From Mustelus asterias (Eukaryota): DNA of 64,000 nt. The number at the start of each line of letters is the position of its first letter. Position 1 is the stretch's first letter. Location of the stretch: positions 56,730,001-56,794,000 of the forward strand of contig NC_135821.1 of the NCBI RefSeq assembly GCF_964213995.1. The letters run 5' to 3'. The translations under genes and the position numbers were made by a program. Of this stretch, positions 9,800-23,456 are shown piece after piece. The notes under the pieces were generated by a model that searched no databases, was not told the DNA's origin, and saw only the letters and a list, made by a program, of their open reading frames with translations.

Positions 9800-12700
9800 C
9801 CATTCTCCCACACAATTTGCCTCTGCCCAACACCTAGGGGATGCTTAATACGGAGGGCCTGCCTTATAAAAGGCTCAGGTAAAGAGTTTCAGTTAGAAGA
9901 GCCGGCCATTGCCTGTTACCAGGGGAACTCATACTCAATGAGCCCCACAGGGAGATAAATCAGCGATTCTCCATCAACATCATGGGGGTTATCATACCCC
10001 TCCCCCCTGATTTCGAGGGATCCCCCCCCCCACCACGACAATGGACCCTTTGTCTCTTTGCCAGTTGCCTCATCTCCATTGCTTCTAGGGTCTGGTAGGC
10101 GTGGGGAGGAAATGAGGTGGGGGAGGGAGGTATGTAACAGATAGGTGAATGCCTCTTCTGTGAAGAGCGTCGAAGAGCCACTATAGGGACCATCATCCAT
10201 AGCGACCTCTGACTAGGTGTCTGCCGCCTCTGTCTCCATGTCCGAGCCAGAATCTTTATCGTCCAGATGACTGGCTCTTGAGTTTTTAGAGGGTGAAGTT
10301 TCCCATCCACAGGTCGGCATGAAGGACGCTGACAGTGGCATGTCCGTAGAAACAGTTACCTCTGCGGAGGGTTCCCTGTGATGGAGATGATCTTTGTGCT
10401 TCTTTAAGGTCCTCTCCCTGGTTTTTACCTTATAAGACGCCGGTCCTGTTTTCTCGAGAATAACTCCCGGAATCCATGGAGAGCCATCGCTGAAGTTCCT
10501 CATGTGGATCATATCTCCAGGTTTGAAGTCTCTATCTGATATCTGACCATCAGGCCCCTTTTCTGGGCTTCTTGTTTTAACTCAAAGTTGCCGGCCAACT
10601 TTGGTAATGACAGGCTAAGCCTAGTTCAAAGAAGGCGACCCATCAATAACTCCACTGAGGCTATTTCCTATAGTCCTATAGTTAAAAAGGAGAAGTGCGA
10701 GCTTTGTTCCAAAGAACATATGATTTGTTTCTTCACGACAACTTTGAATGTCTAGACCACCTGTTCAGCCAGGCCGTTTGAGGATGTGCCATATTCCATT
10801 TGTACTCATGAAGGTCTGGAACTCCCTGCTGGTAAACAGGGTCTCGCTGTCTGTCACAAGAACCTCGGCTATACCATATGTACTAAAAGATTTCTTCCAC
10901 AGAGGCAACTGTTTCTGCAGACGCGCCATCGCCATCCAGTGCACTTCGATCCATTTTGAATGGGAGTCATTGAGAATTAAGAACATGGAGTCCATAAATA
11001 AGAACATAAGAAATAGGAGCCCCTCGAGCCTGCCCCGCCATTCAATAAGATCATGGCTGATCTGAAGTGGATCAGTTCCACTTACCCACCTGATCCCTAT
11101 AACCCCTAATTCCCTTACCGATCAGGAATCCATCTATCCGTGATTTAAATGGCCCTGGAAGTCTGCAACCAGGCTGTTGGTGGGACCTCCTGGTTTTCCT
11201 GGCAACTTTTGCACCACTTGGCCAGGTTTTCGATATCACTGTCTATGCCAAGTCACCAGACCTAGCTCCTTGCGAGCATCTTCCTCTTAGAAATTCCTGG
11301 GTAGCCATTGTGCAATTCTTGAAGTATTGGTCACTGGCCTGGATGCAGGACAACCACCTGGGCTCCCCATGAGATGATGCCATCTTCTATACTCAACTCC
11401 TAATATTTAGAGAGATAAGTTCCAAATCCTCCGTCGGACACACTTGTGGTCGACCACTTAGGATGACATGATGTTGGCTTAGTTTTGCCAACATAGAGTC
11501 CTTTTGGGTCCATGCCTGGATTTGCTTGGCAGATACTGCCAGAGTGTCCATGAAGTTCAGAGTCATGAAGACTTCATCCACCTTCAGAGGAGAAGATAGG
11601 CTGGTGAGTAGTGGCAGGCGACTCAAGGCGTCTGCGTTGACTCCATGTCTCCCTGGACGATGTTCTAATATGTATTCATGGGCACATAATAGCAGTGCCC
11701 AATGTTGGATCCAGGCTGATGCGATGAGAGGAATCGCCCTGTCTTCCTTGAGGAGGTCCAACAGAAGTTTGTGATCGGTTACTACAGTGAAATGCCGACC
11801 GTGGACGTACCAGTGGAACTTTTTCACCACGAACACCATGGCCAAACCCTCTTTTTCGATCTGGGCATACTTCCTCTCTGCATCCGTCAGAGTTTGTGAT
11901 GTGTACGTGTACGCTCTGCCCCATCATCCTAACAGTGTGATAATACCATTCCTATCCCATAGGGGGAGGTGTTGCAGGTTACAATGAATAGTCTCAGTGG
12001 CTCACAATGGGTTTGTATATTTGCTAACTGTTGTTTGACATTTGCAAAGGCTTTCTGCTTTTTCTTGTGGCATTTGCCAGGACCATTTCTGATTTTGTTT
12101 TTATGACAGTACATGGAGAGGTGCCAGCAAGGTCACCAAGTTTGATAGGAATTTTCCAGAGTAATATATGAGACCTAGGAAAGATTTCAACACTGTTGTG
12201 TTCGTTGGGTCGCAGCCCCTTTTATGGCCTTCACCTTCTCTTGGACAGGTTGTAATCCATCCTTGTTGACTCTGTACCCGAGATGCATTACCTCGTTAAC
12301 CTGGAACACACATTTTCCCGTTTTAGTCGGACGCCAGAAAGAAGCTTCTGGACTTCCTCCAAACTCTCTCCAAATGAAACTTTGCAGTAGCTGCTGAGAT
12401 TAAAACATCATCCAGATAGACTTCCACTCTGGGCACCCCTTGAAGGATGTTCTCCATCACCCTTTGGAAAATGGCACAAGCCAATGACACCCCGAAGAGC
12501 AAATGAGTATATTCACACTGTCCTTTGTGAGTGTTTACAGTGACATACCACCTGGATGAAACTTCAAGCTCCAGTTGGAGGTAGGCTTGGCTCATGTCTA
12601 CTTTGGAAAATATGTGACCCCAGAGCCAACTTCACAATACAAGTCTTCTATGCGTGGCGTAGGGTATCTGTCCAAGGGGGAGGCTCTGTTGATCATCAAT

Positions 12701-12870
12701 TTATAATCCCCACAGAGACTTACCAAATTGTCAGGTTTAAAACCAGACTGCTCCCCTATGCCCTACGTGCCAAACATTTTGTAGTTTCTTGCGGTCTTGG
12801 TCAGACCTGGGATCGTCACTCCTCATATTCCCGAATCCTTCCCAATGGAAAGGGTTGTATATGACACACA
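9800..12870 (-). mobile_element. Decayed Gypsy/Ty3 LTR retrotransposon (RT-RNaseH-integrase)
   Basis: RT YLDD (12323-12595), RNase H VKKFHWYVHGRHFTVVTDHK...NADALSRLP, integrase DSHSKWIEV...FTSREF; purine tract near 9997-10008. Confidence 0.9.
11000..11145 (-). mobile_element. Short 3' fragment of the same CR1 family as 1429-7565, inserted in the Gypsy integrase
   Basis: Reverse complement of about 7400-7565; TAAAT at 10995-10999 and 11146-11150; removal restores GPFMDSMF. Confidence 0.9.
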
Positions 12871-13089
12871 CATAGGATGGGAGGGAGAGGGTAGCCCAGC
12901 CTGACTGCAGGTTTATGAGGGATAGGTGGCTGCAGATGCTGTGCTTTGATAGTTATATTATAATGTTGTATTGCTGCCACCTAGTGGTAATGTTGCACAA
13001 CCTCCTTTTCAGTAAAATTTGCATCAATTTGACATCCAGTTTGTAAACTTCACACCACTGTGGTTATCTGCTTCGTCAAGAGGGCAGAA

Positions 13090-13563
13090 TTTCATATCTG
13101 GTTGTATCACAGCTTGGTATGGCTCCTGCTCTGACCAAGACCGCAAGAAACTACAAAATGTTGTGAATGAAGCCCAGACCAGCACGCAAACCAGCCTCCC
13201 ATCCATTGACTCCATCTCCACTTCCCATTGCCTTGGAAAAGCAGCCAGCATAATCAAGGACCCCACGCACCCCGGACAGACTCTCTTCCACCTTCTTCCA
13301 TCGGGAAAAAGATACAGAAGTCTGAAAACATGTACCAACTAACTCAAGAACAGCTCCTTCCCTGCTGTCACCAGATTTTGAACAGTAGGAAAAGCTAATC
13401 TTTCTCTTCACCCTACCTGTAACTGCAATACTATATTCTGCACCCTCTCCTTTTTCTTTTCCCCTATGTACTTCATGAGTAGTATATTTTGCCCGCATAG
13501 TGCGTAAGAAACAATACTTTTCACTATCCCAGTACATGACAATAAAATCAAACCAAATCAAGT
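13090..13563 (+). mobile_element. Rex1/Babar-type LINE 3' fragment
   Basis: SGCITAWYGSCSDQDRKKLQ...LPSGKRYRSL; aaatca tail. Confidence 0.85.
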
Positions 13564-14520
13564 CAATGGCAGCCTCATGACAAAGGCTGCCAAGTGAGAT
13601 AAGCTGATGGTCACCGTCCAATTGGGCTAATCAACTACAAGGAGCTATTTCTTGCCAACCCTGATATCAGGATCTGGGTCTTTGTCACTGCGGAAAGAAC
13701 AAATTCAAAGGCAAATTATTAACTTGTCTTTACAACTGAAGTTAGTTTAATAACCTATCTAACGCACTGCAAAGTGAAGGCAAGCTGTCAGGCAAAAGCA
13801 AAGAACCATTAAAACAGCACTTGAAACCCTGTCAGGGAAATAAGGATATATTATAAAAATAGATTATGATGAAGCTAGAAGAGCCATTGGGGAGACAAAG
13901 GGGTGCTGCTGGATAAGGTCATCCACAAAGCCTTGCAACTAACACAGAGATATTTAAAATTGCTTTTCCATGAGGCAGGTTCTGTTATCAAATCAAAGCC
14001 AAAAGAGTTCCCTTGGGCTTATATCAATAGCTGACAAACTTGGTGCCATGTCCAAAAATCTACAGAGACCACTGTGCTAATCTGGTAATTGACCTAGTTA
14101 CCTGCTGTTAGGACCATCTGCATAGATTGCAGTGTACTGTACAAAGATGCAACTTATAATGGATTCCGCACAGCTTTGCCAATCTAATGACAGGGTGGAT
14201 GGTATTTGTGTTAAATTACTAAAAACTGTTCTGAGTGAGGGGTGAGGAAAAGCAGTGGAGTAAGAGAATAGTGGCAGGAATCTCAAGCAGCCTAACGCTG
14301 TTCTCATGAGGCAGGTGAATGGGATTCTAATTGAGGCCAATGATATTTGAATGGAGTTGTACTTTCTGCCCAGGAGCAGAGTGGGAATCCTTAAAGAGCC
14401 TGAAAACCACTGGGCAATGTCACTGACAGGTGCAGCTCTGTAGTATACAGATCAAACCCTTTGCAAAGTGAAGGAATACCAAAAATAATCAGTCTGCATG
14501 CTGCATAATGTGAATGTGAA

Positions 14521-14831
14521 TCATAGAATCCCTACAAGTGCAGAAAGAGGCCATTTGGCCCATCGAGCCCGCATTGACAATAATCCGACATTATTCCCAT
14601 AACCCCAGATATTTATCCTTCTAATCCTCCTGACCTTAAGGGGCAATTTAGCATGGCCAATCAACATAACACGCACATCTTTGGAATTTAGGAGGAAACC
14701 AGAGCACCCAGAGAAAACCCACGTAGACATGGGGAGAATGTGCAAACTTCACACAAACAGTCACCCGAGGCTGGAATTGAGCCCGGGTCCCTGGCGCTGT
14801 GAGGCAGCAGTGCTAACCACTGTGCCACCCC
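14521..14831 (-). mobile_element. HE1-type V-SINE
   Basis: Head TGGCACAGTGGTTAGCACTGCTGCCTCACAG, central V domain, gattctatga tail. Confidence 0.9.
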
Positions 14832-15670
14832 AGTGTGCAATTGGATTGTAATAAATAGGAAAATGCTCAAGGGAAGGTTTTTCATCAGTGACCAGGGAGT
14901 TTTGATCCTTGTTCCTCATTAGAAGCTGTGAGAGTAGATGGATAAAGTTAATGATTTTTTTGGCATGTATATGTCAGCTACAAGATGTATTAGGGTAAAG
15001 AGGCTTGTATTTCTCAGAAAGGTAGCAAGTCAAACTCATTTGCTATTACCTAGCCTATTAAGATCTTGATTAATGGTCAAGTTAAAGATATTGCACAGAC
15101 CTCTTATACATTTATAAAGTGCATTTAAAGTAGTGAAATGGTCCAAGCAACTGAACAAGAACATTATCAAGAAGAATACAATTTGGATATTTTGTGACAC
15201 CGGAGGAATCGGGCAAAATGGCCAAATGTTTGATCAAAGAAGGAGGTCTCAAAAGAAGAGAACAGTAAGGGGGTTTAGGGTGGGACAATTGAGTCCTTCA
15301 GGTCAATGAGGCTAAAAGCATGGGTGCCAATGAGCCATTCAATCAGGGATGCTCAGGAGGCTGGAATCAATGGAATGTGGAGCGTAAAGGCTTGTAGGGC
15401 TGGAAAAGACAATGCCGATGGGGACAGATAAAGCAGTGAGGAGTTTTGAAAAGAAGGATGAGGATTGACGCAATGTCAGACAGGTAGTTGGTGAGGCTGG
15501 GTAAAAGAGAATTGGAATGCGCTAAGATAATGCAGAACAGGTATATTGGATGAGCACAAGTTTACGTAGGGTAGAAGATGGGAAGCCAGCCAAAAGAGCA
15601 TTGGAATAATCAAGCCCAGAGGTAATAAAGGCATAGATAAAGTGCAAATAAGCCTGGGTATTTCAAGTAA

Positions 15671-15831
15671 TGATGTGGAGATGCCGGCGTTGGACTGGGG
15701 TAAACACAATAAGGCGTCTAACAACACCAGGTTAAAGTCCAACAGGTTTATTTGGTAGCAAACGCCACGAGTGGTGTTTGCTACCAAATAAACCTGTTGG
15801 ACTTTAACCTGGTGTTGTTAGACTCCTTACT
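15671..15831. mobile_element. Palindromic Penelope-like mini-element (ribozyme core absent)
   Basis: About 60-bp inverted arms plus ~35-nt unpaired tail; 13-bp TSD gtatttcaagtaa (15658-15670, 15832-15844). Confidence 0.8.
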
Positions 15832-16139
15832 GTATTTCAAGTAAGGCAGGTTTCCCTGCGGTGGGGCTGGAGAGTCATTGAAATCTCCATTCACATCGGC
15901 GGAATCAAAAGATCCCATCGTTATGAAGGGCTGAAAAATCCTGGCCCAAGTCTGGATACTAGGTTTTAAAGTAACCCAACCATTTTCAGGTTAATTTAAG
16001 TTATATTAATTGTAATGAATGGCTAAAATGTCATTTTGTGCTAACACTGAGATAAGAAAGATTTTCGTCATTGTTAACCTTTTACAACAAACTAACCTAA
16101 AACAGTATTACAAAGCAGTCACTGATTAGCAACAGATCA

Positions 16140-17610
16140 CAGAATTGTTACACCAAAGGGTGGCCATTTGGCCCATCGAATCTGCACTAGCTCTCCAAAC
16201 GAACATCCTTTCCCTGTGCCCCCGCATATTGTTTCAAGTGAAACGATCATCTAATGCCCTCTTGAATGCTTCAATTGAACCTGCCACCACTGCAATTCCA
16301 GGCAGTGCATTCCAGACTCCAACCACTCGTGTGAAAAAGTTTTCTTTATTTTATTTTTCTTGCTTATTTTGCAAATCATTTTAAATCTGCGCCCTCTCGT
16401 TCTTGATCCTATTATGAGAAAGAGCAGTTTCTCCCTATCTACTCAGGCCAGCCCCCTCCTGATCTTGAACATCTCTTAGCCTTCTTCTCTCCAAGGAGAA
16501 CAGTCCCAATCTCTCCAGTCTATCCTCATAACTAAAGTTTCTCATCTCTGGAAACATTCTGATAAACCCTCTTCTGCACACTCTCCAATGCCTTCACATC
16601 TTTGCTATATTGTGGCGCCCAGAACTGTGCATAATATTCCATCTAAAGTCCAATTAGTGCATTGTATATGTTCAGCATAACCTCCTTGCCCTTGTACTCT
16701 ATGCCCCATTAATAAAGCCCAGAATATTATATGATGTATTAACTGCTCCCTCCGCTGTCCTGCCACCTTCATATATCTATGTACATATCCCTCTGTCCAG
16801 CACCCCCTTTAAGAATTTTACCCCTTATTTTGCATTGTCTCTCCATGTTCTTCCTAACAAAATGCATCACCTCTTACTTCTCCGCATTGAACTTTATCTG
16901 CAACCTTTCTGCCCACACCAACTTGTCTATGTCCTTTTCAAGTTCTCCTCACAGTTTACAATATTTCCAAGTTTTGCACCATCTGCAAACTTTGAAATTG
17001 CCGACTGCACACCAAGATCGAGATCATTGATACTGATCAGGAAAAACAAGAGTCTCAATACCAACACCTGGGGAACACCACTACCAACCAGCCCAAAAAA
17101 TATCCACCGATAATTACACTCTGCTTCCTATTATTCAGCCAATTTTATATCCCTTTTATTCCCATGGTATTAAATGCCTTCTGAAAGTCCATGTACCTCA
17201 TACAGTACAGAAGGCCATTCAGCCCATCGAGTCTGTACCAACCACATCCTACCCAGGCCCTATTCCTGTAATCCCACACATTTACCCTGCTAATCCCCCT
17301 GAAACTAGGGTCAATTTTTGGCATGGCCAATGCACCTAACCCACATATCTTTGGAGTGTGGGAAGAAACTGGAGCACCCGGAGGAAACCCACGCAGACAC
17401 AGGGAGAAAGTGCAAACTCCACACAGACAGTGACCCGAGGCCAGAATTGAACCTGGGTCCCTGGCGCTGTGAGGCAGCAGTGCTAACCATTGTGCCACCG
17501 CCCCAACAGCATTACCTTCATCAGCCCTTTTGGTTACCTCCTCAAATAACAAGTTAGTTAAACACTATCTCCCCTTTAGAAATCCATGTTGGCTCTTCCC
17601 AATCAATCCA
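16140..17610 (-). mobile_element. Decayed CR1 LINE, interrupted by a SINE
   Basis: LFEEVTKRADEGNAV / YMDFQKAF split by the SINE; 3' end at about 16140. Confidence 0.85.
17198..17502 (-). mobile_element. HE1-type V-SINE
   Basis: Same head, core and tail as 14521-14831. Confidence 0.9.
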
Positions 17611-17799
17611 TGATTCCATTAGAACGAAGTACTTCAATTAATCTGGTAATTGAAGGATAATTAATAATCAGTAGTTAATTAGAAGTCACTGTGTTATTTC
17701 TGTGTTCCTCCCTTTTCCTTCTGAGAAAAATTAGTGCTGTAATAGCTGGAAAAGAAATGGAATATGCCTCAGTCTCCCTCAATATCACAAACACACAGT

Positions 17800-18775
17800 G
17801 GGCGCAATCTTAGGAAAAATATTCCAAGGGCCGAACAAGTGACAAAACGGGAAAGTTTCCGACACGTTTTTTCGGCGAGTTTGAAAATGCGATCTTATTC
17901 ACCTATTGCAAAAATAGTGCCAGGATGTGATTCTCGCGAACAGGGGGAGGGGCTCAAGCTTGCCAGGGAAGCCGGCTGCTAAGCTCTGGGGGGACACCAT
18001 TGCATACCGGGGGATCACCAGCCACACCCACTCCACATAGACATCAGGATGCCAATCACAAACATCAGACCGCCCCCTCTTCACCACGGACATCAGACAC
18101 TCCCTCTCCCCTGCGGACATCAGGACCCTTCCCTCCCTCCCATGGACATCGGGACGCTCCCCACCCCTTTGGTAGAGTTCTCTCTCTCCCAACTTGATCA
18201 CCCCTTGGCAGAGTTCCCTCCCCACCCACCGATCGCCCCACTTGGCAGAGTCCCCTCCCTCTCACCTCGATCACCACCCCTGCAGAGCTCCCCATCCTTC
18301 CCACACTGGCAGAGTTCTCCAATTTTCTTCCCGCATCACAGCTCCACCCCACACTGGCTCCAACTTACACTGGCTACTACTAATTGGCCTGGCCCCATGG
18401 GCAGTCCAAGAGTGCCCAACAAGCAGTGCCAGGCTGGCACTGCCCCATGGGCACTGTCTCCAACCACCTGGGGGCTTCAATCCCCTCGGCAAGGCCCCAT
18501 ATCTAGTCCCCATTGGTGGGGGCCATACGTGATCCTCGCTGGGGAGAACCTCAGCCATCAAGGTAGTAAGAGTAAATGAGCCCGGACGATAGTGTCTGGA
18601 ACTCATTAATATTTAAATTGGCTTTGCACCCTTTCTGGGCATGAAGCCAATTTTGCCAGCAAAACAGTGGCAGTATGATCAGGGGGAGGCGTGAACTTGA
18701 TTTTTCGCCTCTCGCCTGATCTTACCACCTCGCCTTGTCGAAAGTCAGGCGGGGCGAGGTGATAAGATCACACCC
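17800..18775. mobile_element. Non-autonomous DNA transposon, PIF/Harbinger-like
   Basis: Imperfect 13-bp TIRs gggcgcaatctta / taagatcacaccc; 3-bp AGT on both flanks; related fragment at about 21640-21740. Confidence 0.55.
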
Positions 18776-19398
18776 AGTGTCTTCGATTGTTGAGTCTGTC
18801 TTCATGAATGGGACTCCTGTAAAGACACTAAAGTAAGGAGAATGGCTTAAAGGAAGGTACTGTCCTAACTTTAAGACAAAGTGTGTAAATAGCTAGAACC
18901 AATGGAGTTAACTCGGATTACATTATTGACAAATTATAGACCAATTAGCCATTTCCAACAACCTGTCTAAGGTGGGCTTGCAACATCTTTTGAGTATGAG
19001 AAAAGGGGTTGTGGGAACTCTCTTTGTGTGCATCATGTGCGGAAGAACCAGTTTAGATCTTCGGCGTAGTTTGAGCATCCTATCAGCGTGAAGGTCGTTT
19101 CCAATAAATTTCAGGGTGGTTGAGTCATTAGCACTGGGACTGGTCCAGCAACGGATTCTCTGCCAGTCGAAATCCCAGGAAGGTGTAGTGCTTCTCGGAG
19201 GCAGCGACTGTTTCTCTGTCAGCGTGAGTAATTCAAGTTGTTGTCCACTTCTCTTGGGTTGATCACCCATTTGAAAGCATGGAGTTGGTAGAGTTTCATT
19301 GACAGGAATACTTACCTAAATTCTGCCTCTGTTAGTTAGTTGATAAGTTTCTAAAACTTGTTTATAATCAATAAACTTTGATACTATATACTAGTGTG

Positions 19399-19745
19399 TC
19401 ATAGAATCATAGAATCATAGAAACCCTACAGTGCAGAAGGAGGCCATTCGGCCCATCGAGTCTGCACCGACCACAATCCCACCCAGGCCCTACCCCCACA
19501 TATTTACCCGCTAATCCCACTAACCTACGCATCTCAGGACTCTAAGGGGCAATTTTTAACCTGGCCAATCAACCTAACCCGCACATCTTTGGACTGTGGG
19601 AGGAAACCGGAGCACCCGGAGGAAACCCACGCAGACACGAGGAGAATGTGCAAACTCCACACAGACAGTGACCTGAGCCGGGAATCGAACCCCGGACCCT
19701 GGAGCTGTGAAGCAGCAGTGCTAACCACTGTGCTACCATGCCGCC
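19399..19745 (-). mobile_element. HE1-type V-SINE (young, CpG-rich)
   Basis: Complete head to (gattctat)n tail. Confidence 0.92.
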
Positions 19746-19807
19746 CACTCCACACAGACAGTGACCCGAGCCAGAGTATTCACCTGATGATTATCTCTGA
19801 GTCGAAT

Positions 19808-20128
19808 TCACAGAATCCCTACAGTGCAGGAGGCCATTTGGCCCATCGAGTCTGCACTGACCACAATCCCACCCAGGCCCCATCCCCGTGACACCACTTA
19901 TTTATCTGCTAATCCCCCTGACACTAAGGGACAATTTAGCATGGCCAATCAACTTAACCCGCACATCTTTGGAGTGTGGGAGGAAACCTGAGCACCAGGA
20001 GGGTACCCACGCAGACAGGAGGAGAATGTACAAACCCCACACAGATAGTGACCCGAGGCCGGAATTGAACCCAGGACCCTGGCGCTGAGAGGCAGCAGTG
20101 CTAACCACTGTGCCACCCGTGCTGCCCG
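19808..20128 (-). mobile_element. HE1-type V-SINE
   Basis: Second tandem copy. Confidence 0.9.
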
Positions 20129-21280
20129 GTTTAAAAACAGTTTAAAAGGGTAATTTGGATTCATCAGGCAGTGCACATCCAAACTGGATCAATCTAAAAT
20201 ATCAAAACATCCTTTTTTTAAACTTAAAACAATGCACTTGTAACAAAGGGTTTCAGCAGAAGATGAGCAGAGAGATGGTTGGAGTTGAGGGATGTTACAG
20301 AGATAGAAGAGGGCTATTTGGTGATCATGCAAATATGTAGTTAGAAATTCAACTCAGGATCAAACAGGAGGTTGCAAACAACCTTATGCAGTGTTATGTT
20401 CCAGTGTATCATGCAATTTCAGGCAATACTGAAGAAAAGTAGATTGTTAAACTAGCCGCTGCCAGTTGTGTGACCTCTGGTAGTCTCAGCTCCAAACTAT
20501 CCTGAGAGTCAAGCAATACTGGACAGTCACAGACATCCAGGGAGTTCACACATCCCTTTATTTAAGGCTGGAACATCAACAAAAAGACTATAGCCTTCCG
20601 GCTGACTCATCTTTCTGGTTCGCCGTGGGCAAAAGACACACCAAACTCAATGTGTGTGAGACAAATATGATTGGATCCCTACTGATCTCCCACTGCATTA
20701 AGATGCTTCATCATTCAAACCCAGACTGGGTAAATTTCTAAGTGTCCAATAACAACAGAAGATGTTTATAAACCTGACCACCCATCTCAATTAAAAAAGG
20801 ACTTTGGACTTGTGACAGGACACATGGGTGAGACAGCCATGTTTGTTGCCTTCTTTTAAAATGCAAGAATCAGCCATGCAGAGACACAAAGACAACCGGG
20901 AAACCATCGAATCAGCTACAGTCAACTAAGTAGCCAAGGTAATAAACAGCAATACCTCAGAAGAGAACAACTTCCCCAACCTGTCCCCGAGTTCACCTGA
21001 GGACCAACCTCCTGGAAATTCAACTACACAAAGCCTCGCAGCTTACTGAGAAACCTCTGCTTACAAAACCTTAACTTCAAACAAAGAATCAACTCATCTA
21101 AGAAACTACAAGCCTGCTAAGAATGAAGCTGAAGTTTTAATTGTATTATTTTCTTTTCACTTCATCAGTATCTGATTTACATACAAGTGATCGTGAGTGT
21201 GAGAGGCAAGTGATTGAGGTGTCACATTTGCATCCCTGGGGAAAGTATGAGATCATATAATCTTTATTTAAATACTCACA

Positions 21281-21631
21281 AAAAGAACAAAGAACAGTAC
21301 AGCACAGAAAGAGGCCCTTTGGCCCTCCACGCCTGCGCTGATCATGATGCCTGCCTAAACTAAAATATGCACTTACGGAGTCCGCATCCTTCCATTCCCA
21401 TCCCATTCACGTATTCGTCTAGTTGCCCCTTAAATGCCGCTATCCTATCTGCTCCCACCACCTCCCCGGGCAGCGCGTTCCAGACATTCTGTGTAAAAAA
21501 AAACTTGCCTCGCACATCTCATCTAAACTTTTCCCCACGCACCTTAAACCTATGTCCCCTAGTACTTGACTTTTCTACCCTAGGAAAGAGCATCTGACTA
21601 TCCACTCTGTCCATGCCACTCATAATCTTGT
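21281..21631 (-). mobile_element. CR1 3' fragment
   Basis: KIMSGMDRVDSQ-like C-terminus and ttctttgttct tail on the minus strand. Confidence 0.8.
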
Positions 21632-22229
21632 CAAAGTTATGGTGCCCAGTGGGCAGTGCCAGGGTGTCCAGCAGGCAGTGCCAGGCCAGCACTGCCCCAT
21701 GAGCACGGCCCGGCCCCTGCCTCCAACCACCCGGGGGCTCTAATCAAAATCTTGCTGCTGGATGTACTTAAATTGGGGCCATCACTGAGGGAACGGGGTT
21801 ACACACGCCTCACATACAAAACACATTGATCATGGACAGTAAGAAAACTCATAAAATTCTGTCCATGATATCAGCTTAAGATAGTTGTTACAATCCCTGT
21901 GAGGACCAATAACATAAAAGAATCTAACTTCCCAAATGAGCCAAAAGGAAAAAAACTAATGACAAGATTTCACTTATTAAAACTATTACTGTCCCAATAA
22001 AACCAAAATCAACATAAATTAAACATGAATCAACAGGCAAGTTGTATTCAATAGAAACCATAAATTATGCTTTAAATATCTGACACAAAGATTTCACAAA
22101 TTTCTTACATAGACATAAGTTTTAATGGGGCATTTCAGATTGAATATAAATTGGCTTACTTTAGTTGTGCACACCTAACTTGTTTCCAAATCAACCCCCT
22201 AAAATGCTCAAGCTCACAGAGGACTCAAC

Positions 22230-22600
22230 CATAAGGCAAGACTCTGGAACAGCAAACAATTAATTCTCTAGGAACATGGATTCAAAACCCACTACGGCAG
22301 CTTCTGGAATTTAAATTCAAATTAAGTTTTTTAAATCTGGAATTATAAGCTAGCCTCAGTAATGTTGACCATGAAACTATCATTGACTGTTGGAAAACCC
22401 CATCTGGTTCAGTAATGTCCTTTAGGAAAGGAAATCTGCCATTCCTGCCTGGTTTGGCCTACATGTGATTCCAGACCCACAACAATGCAACTGACTCTTA
22501 ACTGCACCATTTAGCAAGTTCAAAGGCAATTAGGGATGAACAACAAATATTGGCACTACTCGTGACGCTCATATCCCATGAAAGTATAAAAAGAAATCAA
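22230..22600 (+). mobile_element. SINE of a second family (same as 42740-43228 and 61345-61605)
   Basis: Shared core ccatctggttca..aatgtcctttag..aaggaaatctgcc and shared tail. Confidence 0.75.
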
Positions 22601-23294
22601 AGTTTATTTTGAAAGGGGAAAAGAACAGCTTTTATTGGGGGCCAGGTAGAAGTGTAAATCAACCTCAGGTTCCCTCAATGATTTCCCCAAAATCCCGCCT
22701 CAGGGAGCACTCAGTCCATCTTACGACTATAGTCCTTTTCTCTTCTGACTGATGGTAAAGATGGTTCTTGAAACCTCCATTTTTAAACCCTTGCAATAGC
22801 ATCACCCCATTTCGAATCTAGACTGCTGCTCCTAGCCAGTTAGTTAATTGTTGTTACTGGGTCAATTTCATTGGTTTTAACTATTTGCACCCATTCCACA
22901 TTGAGTAGAATAAGACTTATCAGAATTTATACCAACCATGTTCGTTACTATGTACTTTCTCCAGATGTCTAAGGACAAAATGGAGGTTCATGCTCATTGG
23001 TATCCGATTGCACCCTTTCTCACTGCAGACAATATTGGTTTGTAGCAAGTTAATGCTTTAAGCTTCAAACAGAATATTACCCACCCTTAAGTATCAGATT
23101 AATTATTTATTCATCAATTATATAATTGAGGCTCACTACCGATTCAATCATCTCTTTCTGGCAGGTAATTTTTGATTAGTATGTGTGTGGTTCTGTAGTT
23201 TGTATTTAGAGATTACAAAATGGTTTATTTGGCCCAATGGTAGTATAAAATGGCATCTTGACCTTGTTAAGATTAATACAGTATATATAAGGCA

Positions 23295-23456
23295 AGGATA
23301 GATAAATTTTTGAACAGTAAAGGAATGAGTTATGGTGAGCAGGTGGGTAAGTGGAGCTGAGTCCACGAAAAGATCAGCCATGATCTTATTGAATGGCGGA
23401 GCACACTCGAGGAGCCAGATGGCCTACTCCTGCTCCTAGTTCTTATGTTCTTATGA
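23295..23456 (+). mobile_element. CR1 3' end fragment
   Basis: agatcagccatgatcttattgaatggcgg...ttcttatgttcttatg, as at 7482-7565. Confidence 0.88.

Noticed and set aside
14098-14340. Minus-strand ORF ending at a donor-like site
   Set aside because: No frame gives a recognisable protein; no partner exons found.
19782-19808. CTGATGA as another hammerhead
   Set aside because: No stem II or GAAA core follows.
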